Position numbers and translations under genes: made by a program. This document shows positions 12,043 to 23,775 of a stretch of 64,000 bases of DNA, piece after piece. The notes beneath the pieces were generated by a model that saw only the letters and a program-made list of their open reading frames with translations, had not been told where the DNA came from and searched no databases. Origin of the DNA: Mustelus asterias (Eukaryota); contig NW_027590117.1 of the NCBI RefSeq assembly GCF_964213995.1, forward strand, positions 2,480,001 through 2,544,000, in the 5' to 3' direction. Numbering within the stretch: position 1 is the stretch's first letter; each line of letters starts with the position of its first letter.

Positions 12043-12429
12043 TTACTTGGAGCTGGTGTACTTGGTCACCGCCTTTGTCCCTTCCGACACGGCGTGCTTG
12101 GCCAGTTCCCCGGGCAGCAGCAGGCGCACGGCGGTCTGGATCTCCCGGGAGCTGATGGTGCTGCGCTTGTTGTAATGGGCCAGGCGGGAAGCCTCACGCG
12201 CGATGCGCTCGAAAATATCGTTCACGAACGAGTTCATGATGCTCATGGCCTTGGAGGAGATGCCGGTGTCGGGGTGAACCTGCTTCATCACTTTGTAGAT
12301 GTAGATGGAGTAACTCTCCTTCCTCGACCTTCGCCGCTTCTTCCCGCCCTTTGTTCCCGGTTTCTTAATCACCTTCTTCGCCCCCTTCTTGGGAGCTGGT
12401 TTCGATGTTGGTTTCTTCTCATCAGCCAT
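12043..12429 (-). CDS. H2B: Histone H2B (replication-dependent), 128 aa, carries G75R
   Basis: [58 protein letters not shown]; intronless; stem-loop downstream. Confidence 0.97.
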   Translation of the reverse strand: MADEKKPTSKPAPKKGAKKVIKKPGTKGGKKRRRSRKESYSIYIYKVMKQVHPDTGISSKAMSIMNSFVNDIFERIAREASRLAHYNKRSTISSREIQTAVRLLLPGELAKHAVSEGTKAVTKYTSSK

Positions 12430-12474
12430 CTTGAATTTCACGCAGAAATAAAGCAAACCCCTTCCGAGCGCTGA

Positions 12475-12630
12475 TTAAATAGACAGTCCCACAGAACTAT
12501 GCTAATGAGGAATTGGAAAAGCAATGATTGTGATTGGACATTTTGAAAGTTATTACAGTCACTTATCAGGGATTCAATTGAGTGGATATGAAAACAGACC
12601 AATCAGATTGAGGAGTTTCCGCCAATCACA
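12475..12630 (-). promoter_or_regulatory. H2B copy 1 promoter: TATTTAA, ATTAGCAT octamer variant (12499-12506), CCAAT boxes
   Basis: Motifs seen directly; near-identical inverted copy upstream of H2B at 47330-47482. Confidence 0.7.
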
Positions 12631-12804
12631 AGCCCCCTTACCACAATCAGGAAATACATTTCACAAAGAATCTCCAGCGCCAGTTTCTCAGTGTGTAAAG
12701 ATCCACCGGGAAATGTCGCCTGGCTGTCGGTGTGAGGGACCCTTCTCCACAGAGGGACTGTGCGGGAGTGTGGGATTCCTTCCGGAACTGTGAATCTCTG
12801 GTAA

Positions 12805-12920
12805 TGTGTGTGAGTGTGGGATTTACTCACTCTCTCTGATACAGTGTGTGAGTGTGGGATTTACTCACTCTCTGACACAGTGTGAGAGTGTGGGAGTTAC
12901 TCTCTGATACAGTGTGTGTC
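12805..12920. repeat. Short tandem repeat (~32-36 bp, gtgtgagtgtgggatttactcactctctgatacag)
   Basis: About 3 units visible; expanded inverted counterpart at 46880-47170. Confidence 0.7.
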
Positions 12921-13422
12921 TGCATGGGATTAATTCACTGTTTGTAAGTATGGAGTACATTATGTGAGTTTGGAAATCATGTATCTGACTTGCTCTGACC
13001 ATGTTTGAGTGTTGGATTCATTCTATATTTGAGTATTGGACTCATTTGTTTCTGGGGATTCATTGTGTATCTGTTCGATAGTGAGGCATGTGAGTGAGTG
13101 TATTGATTCTCTCCCTGGGGATAAAAGGCAGTGCTGAATTAACTGTGCATGTGTCACATTCACCATGCTGGACTTATTCTGTACTTGTCACTTTCTGGAA
13201 CTGTATGTAAAAGAGATTCACCCTGTTACTGTCATTCTCTAACACTGTACGTCAGTGTGAAATTGATTCAGTCTGGGTTTCTTTGTCTGAGTGTGAACTT
13301 CTCATCCACTGTCAGTGCCTGGTACTGTGTGGGAATGTGAGTTTAACTCTGTACCTGTTAACATCTGCTGCTGTAAGGGTGCACGGATCTCAATCTGTAT
13401 CCGTCAGTCTATGCATCACTTT

Positions 13423-13766
13423 GGGCGGCACGGTAGCACAGTGGTTAGCACTGCTGCTTCACAGCTCCGGGGTCCCGGGTTCGATTCCCGGCTCGGGTCA
13501 CTGTCTGTGTGGAGTTTGCACATTCTCCTCGTGTCTGCGTGGGTTTCCTCCGGGTGCTCCGGTTTCCTCCCACAGTCCAAAGATGTGCGGGTTAGGTTGA
13601 TTGGCCAGGTTAAAAATTGCCCCTTAGAGTCCTGGGATGTGTAGGTTAGAGGGATTAGCGGGTAAATATGTGGGGGTAGGGCCTGGGTGGGATTGTGGTC
13701 GGTGCAGACTCGATGGGCCGAATGGCCTCCTTCTGCACTGTAGGGTTTCTATGATTCTATGATTCT
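13423..13766 (+). mobile_element. Full-length HE1-like V-SINE
   Basis: tRNA-derived head (GGCACGGTAGCACAGTGG; GGTTCGATTCC), V-domain GGGTTTCCTCCGGGTGCTCCGGTTTCCTCCCAC, CR1-like tail GGGCCGAATGGCCTCCTTCTG..(CTATGATT)n. Confidence 0.92.
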
Positions 13767-13944
13767 CTGGTGCTGAATGGGTGTGTGGAGTTCATTCTGT
13801 ATCTGTCAGTCTTTGGTCCCAAAAGAAAATATGCGGAAAATCTCAGCAGGTCTGGCAGCATCTGTAAATAGAGAAAAGAACTGATGTTTCAATTCCAGAT
13901 GACCGTTTGTCAAACCTTTGACCCGGAGAGAGGGGGGGGGGGCA

Positions 13945-14792
13945 AGAACAATACAGCACAGGAACAGGCCCTTCGGCCCTCCAAGCCCACGCCACTCCCT
14001 GGTCCCAACTAGACCATTCTTTTGTATCCCTCCATTCCCACTCCGTTCATGTGGCTATCTAGATAAGTCTTAAACGTTCCCAGTGTGTCTGCCTCCACCA
14101 CCTTGTCCGGCAGCGCATTCCAGGCCCCCACCACCCTCTGTAAAATACATCCTTCTGATATCCGTGTTAAACCTCCCCCCCACCCCCGCCTCACCTTGAA
14201 CCTATGACCCCTCGTGAACGTCATCACCGACCTGGGAAAAAGCTTCCCACCATTCACCCTATCTATGCCTTTCATAATTTTATACACATCTATTAGGTCA
14301 CCCCTCATCCTCTGTCTTTCCAGAGAGAACAACCCCAGTTTACCCAATCTCTCCTCATAACTAAGCCCTTCCATACCAGGCAACATCCTGGTAAACCTCC
14401 TCTGCACTCTCTCTAAAGCCTCCACGTCCTTCTGGTAGTGTGGCAACCAGAACCAACGTTCTATACAACTGCAACATCAGACCCCAACTTTTATACCCTA
14501 TGCCCCGTCCTATAAAGGCAAGCATGCCGTATGCCTTATTCACTACCTTCTCCACCTGTGACGTCACCTTCAAGGATCTGTGGACTTGCACACCCAGGTC
14601 CCTCTGCATATCTACACCCTTTATGGTTCTGCCATTTATCGTATAGCTCCCCCCTACGTTAGTTCTACCAAAATGCATCACTTCGCATTCATCTGGATTG
14701 AACTCCATCTGCCATTTCTTTGCCCAAATTTCCAGCTTATCTATATCCTTCTGTAGCCTCTGACAATGTTCCTCACTATCTGCAAGTCCAGC
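13945..14792 (-). mobile_element. 5'-truncated CR1 LINE with internal deletion
   Basis: ORFs 14361..14795 and 14009..14446 (WQMEFNPD, LERVQRRFTRMLPG, WNALP). Confidence 0.88.
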
Positions 14793-15159
14793 CATTGGAA
14801 GTGGGGGAATGGAGAGAAGTGGGGGGTGGAGAGAATTGGGGGAGGTGGAGAGAAGGGGGAGGCAATGTCAAAGCCACGTTCTTAATGGGGGAGGCAATTC
14901 ACAGACAGGTTCTGAACAAGGCCAGGGGGACACAATGGCAAGAACTCATTATTCAACATTGTTGCTGTTTTCACTCCCAAACCGCCGGGAAGGTGCCTCA
15001 TTTAGTTCCCATCTCCCAATGTTTGTTATTATTATTGTACAATGAACAGCGGAAATGTAACTGCACAATAACCACGAGAGCAGCCGTACAAACAAGTTCT
15101 ACTGTCGGCAGCAGGTTTGGAGTGGGAAGGAGAGGGTTTACAAAGTGGCTGCTTGTTTA

Positions 15160-17545
15160 TTTTTCGATATTTGTTTAAAGTGGGAGCAGGAAATAGATAT
15201 CTGACCTGTGCAAAAGTTACTGCTGCTTCGCACAGCTCAACTCAATCAGCAGTGCATGGATTGGGCTGTTTCTGAATGTCACAAAATTGTTTTAAACTCG
15301 CCCCAAACACCCAGTGAGCAAAAGCAGTTTGGTGTATTAGTGAAGTGATCTCAAATATTGTTTGTGCTCATGGTTTTCCTTTTACCCAGGTTCCCAAATA
15401 ATTGTTATTTGTGAAGTTATATCGAAACTTTTGTACCTTTTATTTCATCTGTTCCTCAGTTAAGTTAGTTATTTTTCTTTTTACAGGCAGATATTTGAAG
15501 GTCTCAGATGATTCCTTGGCACAAGCACAATTTCATCAAGCCAGTTCCAACACAAAGCAGTTCCAGTATCATTCACAGAGCACAGAGATACTGCCAACTC
15601 ATTGGGTTCACTGTCACAAAGAGAAGTATTCAGCCCCATACTGTTTGCAAGGTAAGAGACAACTTTTCAATCCAAGAGTTGAACAGGAAAAGAGGCTTTT
15701 TTTTATTTCCTTCCCCACAAATGTGGGACATAGGATCAGGAGTTGACCATCCAGCCCATTGAGCCTGCACCACCATTCAATCTGATTATGGCTGACCATC
15801 TCCTTCAATGCCCTTTCCCCTCTCTATCCCCAATTTCCTTTTATGACATTGAGATTTAGAAATCTGTCAATGTCTACATGAATGTTTACTCTGTGTGTGA
15901 ACTTCCACAGCCCTCTGAGCTACAGAATTCCAAAGGAGCACAACGCTGAGTAAAGAAAAATGCAGATCTCGGTCCAAAGAGGATTTTCCCTTATTTTAAA
16001 ATTGTGTCTAGACTCCCAACCGGGGAAACATCTCGCCTGCATCTACCATGTATACCCTTTTAAATACTTTGTTGTTTTCAGTGAACGACAGGCCCTGTTT
16101 CCCCAGGATTTCTTCATAAGACAGTCCCACCATTCCTGGAACAAATCTGCTGAACGGTCATTGCACTCCCTCTGAGGCAATAATATTATTCGTAAGGTGA
16201 GGGGACTGAAACTGCACACAGTATTCTAGATGCAATCTAATAACACTGCTATACAACTAAACCAAGGCTTCACTACTCCTCCTGTACTCAGATCCTCTTG
16301 CAATAAAGACCAATGCACCATTAACCTTCCAAATTACCTGCTTCATTTCCTTGTTACCTCCAGTGACTTATTAATGAGGATACCCATGTCCCTTTGTACA
16401 TCGACACTTTCTAACCTCTTAGCATTGAAGAAATACTCTGAACATCTGTTCCTGCTGCGAAAATGGAAAATCTCACACATTCCACATGATATTCCATCTG
16501 CAATGTTCTGAACATCTCATTACTTCTGTCCAAATCCTCCTGAAGCTGCTTTGTATCTTTCTCCCAACACACATTCGCGTTGAGCTTTGTGTCAAGTGCA
16601 AACTCCTCAATATTATATTTGGCTGACAGGTAGATACATCAATCACAGGATTTCAACAAAACACACCACTCACAGATATAAAACATTGTGTCATGTTGGT
16701 CACAAATTGAATAAGAATTCATAGCCAGAATAGACAAAAAAATGATGTTGTGATACTAAAAAAAATTGCAATTAATTACCTCAGAATATAGGCATTGACA
16801 CATTTTGTAAACCAATCCAAAACTCTCAATGAGTCAAACTGAAAGATGCAATGACAATTCTGTTACTACAAACTGCAGTAATTAATTACCAGGTTATGTA
16901 TCCAAATGTTACCATTCACAGAGGTATAAATTGAATACCATTTGCACAACTTAAAAACAGCTACTGAATATAACCCATGACTGTAAAATGTACCCAAATC
17001 CATGTGATAAATTGAATCAAATGGCAAATAAATATCAATGCATTATGTTTTAAATAAATAGTTTCTAACACAGTGCCTGAAATGCATGTAAATTTAAAGT
17101 GCAAAAGTATCCCACATTTCAATACATCACAAGGAACAACTGCAGGAGGATTGATTCCTACACTTGCAAAGATAACGAGAGAATCACAGATGTAAATTTA
17201 ATCCTGCATTCACAAATTCCCAAGAGACAGATGGAAGAACAAAGAATTCCATAACATACTCATGAATGACAACGACAGAATGATTCTTACACCCAAACGT
17301 TCATCAGAGGAAAAGTGAAACAAAATGAACTCCACACTCACACGGTATCAGCAAAGTAACATTTACAGAATGAATCCTGTAGTCATACACAGCACCACAG
17401 GAACAGAGATACAGAAGGAAAATAACTTCGAGCTGCTGTACCAGGGATGGATACAAACAGTATGAATCACACACTCATGTTCTTACTCAAAATCTGAAGA
17501 CTGCAAAACTGAAATCAAACTCATGTTGACTTCATGGCAAACTGA
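15160..17545. repeat. Direct segmental duplication, copy A (partner ~54490-57925)
   Basis: tttcgatattt..aaatagatatctgacc..caaaagttactgctgcttc shared; ORFs 15402 and 54737 homologous; ends at aactgaaatcaaactc..gttgacttca in both. Confidence 0.88.
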
Positions 17546-18659
17546 GGAACAGAATTAACCCCATATTAACATACAACAGCGGAGACTGACATAGTGCCAG
17601 AGTCACAAAATCGTGTTCATCTCATCTCACACATGCAGACGGACAACAGTGTCCAATACTTATAGGCACAAAATTAATCTCATTCTTTATAAGAGATGGA
17701 GAGATGCAGATTGAGTCCCACACTCAGCCTCACTGAGTTGTTGCAGTGTATCTCACGGATGGTCCACATTGTGCACCAGTGGCTGAGGAATTAAATGCTG
17801 AAGCTGGTGTGCAAGTGAAACCCAAAATATTATTTTGTTTTTGAGATTCTTTCATGTTGTTGGAGATGCACTTACCCAGTGAGTGGAGAGTATTCCATCT
17901 CTGACCTGACATGCGACTTTTCAATTGTGGAAAGTCTTTGGGGAAATAAAGGGTCAGTCAGTAGCTGTGGACATGCTCTGCTCTATATTTAAAGCCACAG
18001 TCACATTGTGACAGGATACGAAAAGAACCTTGGAGTCATTTGTCATTAATTACAGTCACAAAATGATGACCATGCTGAAACATAATTAAAGATGTAAATT
18101 GTGAGGAAGAGTAGGCCATTCAGCTCTTTGAGCCCATATTGTCACACAATGAGGTCATGGCTGATTTTCCACTTCAACACCATTTCCCTGCTGTATCGCC
18201 ATATCCCTTGATGTTACTAATACGTAGAAATCTATCCATCTCACTCATGAACTTAATCAACAAGTAAGACTCCACAGCCCATTGGACTGATAATTCCAAA
18301 GAATCACCCACTCAGGGAAATAATTCCACCACATCTCAGTCCTAAATGAGCTGTATCCTTTGGTTCCAAATACACCAGCCAGGGAAAGCATACTTCCTGC
18401 TTCTACCCTCTTGGGCCCTGTAAGATTGTTGTATGTTTGAATGTCAGCAACTCTCATTCTTTTAAATGCCAGAAAATAAACACCTGGTGTTTCTCGTTTT
18501 TACTCATCCAACAATCCCTCCAACCAAGAAATTCATTTCGTGAACCTTCATTCCACTCCCTTTATGGCAATCATATCTTTCTTTTAGTAAGGAGAACAAT
18601 ACTGCACACAATAGTCCAGCTGCTGTCTCAGCAAGACTATATAATTATGGAATACTCTG

Positions 18660-19699
18660 CATTTCTGAATGGAGGGCTGTGACAAGTGGTGTTCCTCAGG
18701 GATCAGTGCTGGGACCTTTGCTGCTTGTAATATATATAAATGATTTGGAGGAAAATGTAACTGGATTGATTAGTAAGTTTGCGGATGCCACAAAGATTGG
18801 TGGATTTGCGGATAGCGATGAGGACCATCAGAGGATACAGCAGGATATAGATCAGATGGAGATTTGGGCGGAGAGATGGCAGATGGTGTTTAATCCTGAC
18901 AAATGTGAGGTAATGCATTTTGGAAGGTCTAATACAGATAGGAAATATACTGTAATTGGCAGAACCCTTAGGAGTATTGATAGGCAAAGGGATCTGGGTG
19001 TACAGGTAAACAGGTCACTGAAAGTGGCAATGTAGGTGGAGAAAGTAGTCAAGAAGGCATACAGCATGCTTGCCTTCATCGGCCGGGGTATTGAGTTTAA
19101 AAATTGACAAGTCATGCTGACGCTTTATAGAACCTTAGTGAGGCCACACTTGGAATATAGTGTTCAATTCTGGTCGCCACACTACCAGAAGGATGTGGAG
19201 GCTTTGGAGAGGGTACAGAAAAGATTTACCCGGATGTTGCCCGGAATGGAGGACATTAGCTATGAGGAGAGGTTGGAGAAACTTGGTTTGTTCTCACTGG
19301 AGCGACGAAGGTTGAGGGGAGACCTGATAGAAGTCTACAAGATTATGAGAGGCATGGACAGAGTAGATAGTCAGAAGCTTTTTCCAAGGGTGGAAGAGTC
19401 AATTACTAGGGGGCATAGGTTTATGGTGCGAGGGGCAAGTTTTAAGAGATATACGAGGCATATTTTTAACACAGAGAGTGGTGGGTGCCTGGAACCCGTT
19501 GCCGGGGGAGATAGTGGAAGCAGATACGGTAGTGACTTTTGAAGGGCGTTTTGACAAGTACATGAATGAGATGGGAATAGAGGGATATGGTCCCCGGAAG
19601 CGTAGGGGGTTTTAGTTAAGTCGGGCAGCATGGCTGGTGCAGGCTTGGAGGGCCGAAGGGCCTGTTCCTGTGCTGTAATTTTCTTTGTTCTTTGTTCTT
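18660..19699 (+). mobile_element. CR1 LINE 3' portion nested in an older antisense CR1 relic (~18100-20290)
   Basis: ORFs 18679/19114: [33 protein letters not shown]; 3' tail ttctttgttctttgttctt; stop codons present. Confidence 0.9.
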
Positions 19700-21855
19700 A
19701 GTACAGTAAACATCTTTATCCCGTATTCAAAACATCTTGTAATAAAGGCTTACATTCCATTTTCCTTCTTAATTGCTTGTTCTAGCTGCAGATTAGTTTT
19801 CTGTGACTCATGAACAGGAACAGTCAAGTGCTTTTGAATTTCAACACTTTCAAGCCCCTCATCATTTAAGGAATACTCTGCACATTGCATTCCATCTGCA
19901 AAATTGTTGCCCACTCTCTTAGCCACTTCAAATCCCCTTGAGGAGTTTTTGCCTCCTCTTCACAACTCACATTTCCAGCTTATTTTGTGCATTCTCCAAA
20001 GATTGATATAGATTGTGAATGTTGGGGCCCAAGCACTGATCTTTGTTGTACCCTACTTGTCATTGTCTGCTAACTTGATATGACCTATTTATATCCATTC
20101 TCTGTTTTCTGTCCTTTAACCAGTTCTCAATCTAGGCCAGTATTCACCATGTGTTCTGATTGTGTTTATTAACCTCTTGTGTGGAAACTTATCAAAGGAT
20201 TTCTGAAAATGTAAATATACCACAACAGCTGGTTACTCCTGATCTATTCAGTTAGTTGCATCCTCAGATCTCCAACAGGTTTGCTGAACCTGATTTCACT
20301 TTCATCAGACCATCAGGAACTGTTAAAAATAGAAACATAGAAGATACAAGCAAGAGTAGGTCATTTGGCTCTTGGAGCCTGCTCCAACATTCGTTTTGAT
20401 TGTGGCTGATTATCAAGATCAATATCCTGTTCCCGCCTTCCCCCCATATCCCTTGATCCCTTGAGTCCAAAGAGCTATCTCAAATTTACTCCACAGATTG
20501 ACCAAGATCTGGGTGAAGAAATTTCTCCTCACCTCAGGTCATGTTTCCTGGATTTGTTGTCACCTAACATAGAAGCAAAGAAACTAGAGGTAGGAAACAG
20601 AATACTGTATTTGCAATCAGCAAATTGACAAGAACAGCATAAAACACTGCTACTCATAAAATACAGCAGCTACAGAGTACAACCCACATCTTCCTCACAC
20701 TGACAGGAAAAATAATACTCACATTGCAACAATTAACAGATTCTGCGTAAAGACACGCAGACCTACCACACACTGACAGCAGGACATACTTGAAGTCCTT
20801 CCAGGCCAGAAACAGAGAGGGACAGAATAAAGCCCGTTGTAATAAAGCAGAAAATGACTGGCACAGACTGAAATCCATATTTATGTTTCAGGAACTTATA
20901 AACAATCCACACCTCGCTAGCAGAGTGTACTAGATGTTGAATAAAGAACATGCATAAGTTAATAGTCACGGTAGGCAGGATGGTGTCTCATCTCTATTTA
21001 GTGCATTAGTGACTAAGTGACGTTTCATAGAATCCATACAGTACAGAAGGAGGCCATTCGGCCCATCGAGCCTGCACTGACCACAGTCCCACCCAGGCCC
21101 TTTCCCCGGAACCCTATGTATTTATCCTTCAATCCCATGACGCTAAGGGGCAAATGTTGATTCGTTGGTTAGTGTTGACTTTAATTTGTTACAGTACAAG
21201 TTGTGAACCTTTGTCATGTGACCCTTTCAGATGGTCACTGGGCAATATCAATCTCAATGGGAACTGTAACATCACACATAACTGAGACCTTGAGAATTAG
21301 TGGTAGAGACACACTCCAAATAATAGAACAGCATGTTTGGGAAAATACCAACACACTTATACCAAAGACTGTTATGCATAGATTAAAAACTTACTCACAT
21401 GGCAGAAATTAAAGTGTGCAGTGAAATAACACAAACAAATCCAAAACTGAGAAGCGCAGCTCGAAAAAAATCGCAAGATTTTCCATTTCAGAAACCAACA
21501 GGTGCCAAATGAAATACAGAATAACATCCCAGAACCAACAGACTGTAAAGCCCACACTCTCTTAAATACTGAATGTTATAGAGAAAATAAAACACACGGA
21601 CATATATCAGAGATTGCATTTTCTGAATTAAATCTTAACATCACCGACCGTAGACTAACAGAGATAGAAGCAACATAGAAATATCAGATACGAGTCGACA
21701 CAGCATGAAACCCACTCGCACATGGCTGACAGAGAAGCAGTTTGAAATAGAATGTGTGTATCCTGTTGTGGAATCGCTCTCGCATTGTTCCATAACTGGT
21801 ACCGAATAGATTCTGTTTGATCCCTCAATGTCATCCCCCCAGCACTCTAATAGTT

Positions 21856-22187
21856 TTTTAAATACTTTTCCAATTCAATCAAATCAAATCCAATTCAGAG
21901 TCTCAACAAGTTGAGACATTTCAGATCCAGGCTGACAAGACAGGGCGAGCGACCAAACCACCCTGTCCTGGGCCTGATCTACATGAGCCAAGCTGATTGG
22001 AGGAGGGGGAGGTTCCTCCTCCAAGACTTGAGCTCATTTGCATCTTAGCCAAAAGGCCGAGATGCCGCTTTTAAAAATTGCTTCATATGAAACATATGAA
22101 GCTTCAGTGTAACCTGATGACCTCGACCAAGTGCGGCCGAACATGGGCTGCCGACCATACTACACTTGATCTTAGCCAAAAGGCCGA
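21856..22187 (-). mobile_element. U2 snRNA-headed structured retroposed element (SINEU-like or derivative of a U2-targeting retroelement)
   Basis: U2 nt 9-39 at 22157-22187, U2 nt 7-27 at 22042-22062, several strong hairpins, short A tail, AATAGTT repeated at 21849-21855 and 22187-22193. Confidence 0.72.
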
Positions 22188-22659
22188 ATAGTTGTTTTGA
22201 ACAGTAAATCACCCTCCGGGATTGTTTGACTAATCGTCCCTGAACACCTTGCAGCCAGTAATGTCCAACTCTCATTCCAGTCCTTCTTTCAGTCACTTTT
22301 CTGTTTTAGCCACAATGCTAGTGTCACATATGGGACTTGTGGCTGCTGCTTATCAAACATATTCCCTTTTAACACGCACAGCAGAGCTCGCATTAACCCC
22401 TGCCTGAGCCCAGATATTCTGCACTGCCAGCTCCCGGTGATGGGCAGAAGTAAAGCAGAGCAGTTGGTGCTGGTGAGGAAGGGGAAATGTATGAACAGTA
22501 TCAGCAGTCTGATAGAGTGATGTGGGATTAGCAGCAGAGAGAATGCGCTGGTGCGGGAGAGGGAGTGAGAGGGTCAGGGGGTTGGGTGGATCGGGGCGGA
22601 CAAGGGGAAAGGACGGATTGACAACAGACAGTTTGTGGATTTGAGCAGCAACCAATGTG

Positions 22660-22790
22660 TTTGGGTGTCTAAACTAACCAATCAGAGACAGCATCACGAA
22701 TTGACATCACTGTGAATGAGCCAATGGGGAACACGTCTTTCAGCCATGCTTCATTAGCATAGGCCTCTGCTTTGGTCTATAAAAGAGGAG
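22660..22790 (+). promoter_or_regulatory. H2B copy 2 promoter: CCAAT boxes, ATTAGCAT (22753-22760), TATAAAA (22778-22784)
   Basis: Motifs seen directly, TATA ~55 nt upstream of the ATG. Confidence 0.75.
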
Positions 22791-22836
22791 TTCCGAGCGC
22801 GACTCAGTGATTCTGTGTCTGAAATTAACTGTAACA

Positions 22837-23214
22837 ATGGTGGATGAGAAGAAAGCGCCGGTTTCCAAGAAGGGCGCTAAAAAAACGCAGAAAAAGCTGC
22901 CAGCAAAGGGAGGCAAGAAGAGGAAAAGATCCAGGAAGGAGAGTTACTCCATCTACGTCTACAAAGTGATGAAGCAGGTTCACCCCGACACCGGCATCTC
23001 CTCCAAGGCCATGAGCATCATGAACTCGTTCGTGAACGATATTTTCGAGCGCATCGCGGGTGAGGCTTCCCGCCTGGCCCATTACAACAAGCGCAGCACC
23101 ATCAGCTCCCGGGAGATCCAGACCGCCGTGCGCCTGCTGCTGCCCGGGGAACTGGCCAAGCACGCCGTGTCGGAAGGGACAAAGGCGGTGACCAAGTACA
23201 CCAGCTCCAAGTAA
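22837..23214 (+). CDS. H2B: Histone H2B (replication-dependent), 125 aa, distinct N-tail
   Basis: [52 protein letters not shown]. Confidence 0.97.
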   Translation: MVDEKKAPVSKKGAKKTQKKLPAKGGKKRKRSRKESYSIYVYKVMKQVHPDTGISSKAMSIMNSFVNDIFERIAGEASRLAHYNKRSTISSREIQTAVRLLLPGELAKHAVSEGTKAVTKYTSSK

Positions 23215-23250
23215 AACTCCACAATGGACTGAAAAGCAGCCAAACACAAC

Positions 23251-23266
23251 GGCTCTTTTAAGAGCC
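23251..23266 (+). promoter_or_regulatory. Histone 3' stem-loop of H2B copy 2
   Basis: GGCTCTTTTAAGAGCC-ACCCA, HDE GAAAAGGCTG at ~23282. Confidence 0.93.
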
Positions 23267-23544
23267 ACCCACAATCCCTGGGAAAAGGCTGTATCATCCA
23301 TTTAGTTTCAATTATTATATTACGACGCAGCGTCTCGAACAATGATAATTGTTGTTTTTCTGGTTATCAATGAAAGACACGGAGGAATGTAAGTCAATCG
23401 CCCCGTGGATCATTGGCTCTGAGTAATATTTAAAATTAATTAACTGGTTCCTCACCCTCTCTGGGTTTAGATCTCAGACGCGTTGATATTCGGTCCCTTT
23501 TCCAGGCTTTCGAAAGAGAGCGAGGTAATGGAGCAAATGTGTCA

Positions 23545-23775
23545 GAATCATCGAATCCCTGCAGTACAGGGGGCCATTTGGCCCATCGAGTTTGCACCTA
23601 CAACAATCCCTCACCCGTCCTCGTAACCCTAAATATTTACCCTGTTAATCCCCCTCATACTGGGGCAATTTAGCATAGCCAATCCACCCAACCCGCATAC
23701 CTTTGGGTTGTGTGAAGAAAGCGGAGTGCCCGCAGGAAAACCACGCGGAATCGGGGGAAAAAGTGCAAACTCCTC
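23545..23775 (-). mobile_element. Decayed HE1-like SINE fragment
   Basis: atcatcgaatccctgcagtacag..ggcccatcgag..gggcaatttagcatagccaatccacc. Confidence 0.65.

Noticed and set aside
12430-12456. N-terminal extensions of histone ORFs in the ORF track (also 22807, 24504, 47521, 48745)
   Set aside because: They come from non-ATG starts or an upstream ATG right next to the TATA element; canonical starts are 12429, 22837, 24549, 47527, 48796
11875-12474. 199-aa plus-strand ORF, and similar antisense ORFs at 22825, 24483, 47500, 48742
   Set aside because: Antisense shadows of GC3-rich histone coding sequences; no independent support
13423-13500. tRNA gene at SINE heads (also 1420-1495, 6343-6410, 59465-59535)
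   Set aside because: A/B boxes belong to V-SINE heads that run on into the V-domain and LINE-like tail
14795-14865. G-rich ggagagaa-ggggg repeats as a G-quadruplex element
   Set aside because: Short low-complexity tract beside a LINE junction; nothing indicates function
22042-22187. Functional U2 snRNA gene
   Set aside because: Only nt 9-39 and 7-27 are present; no Sm site or 3' stem-loops
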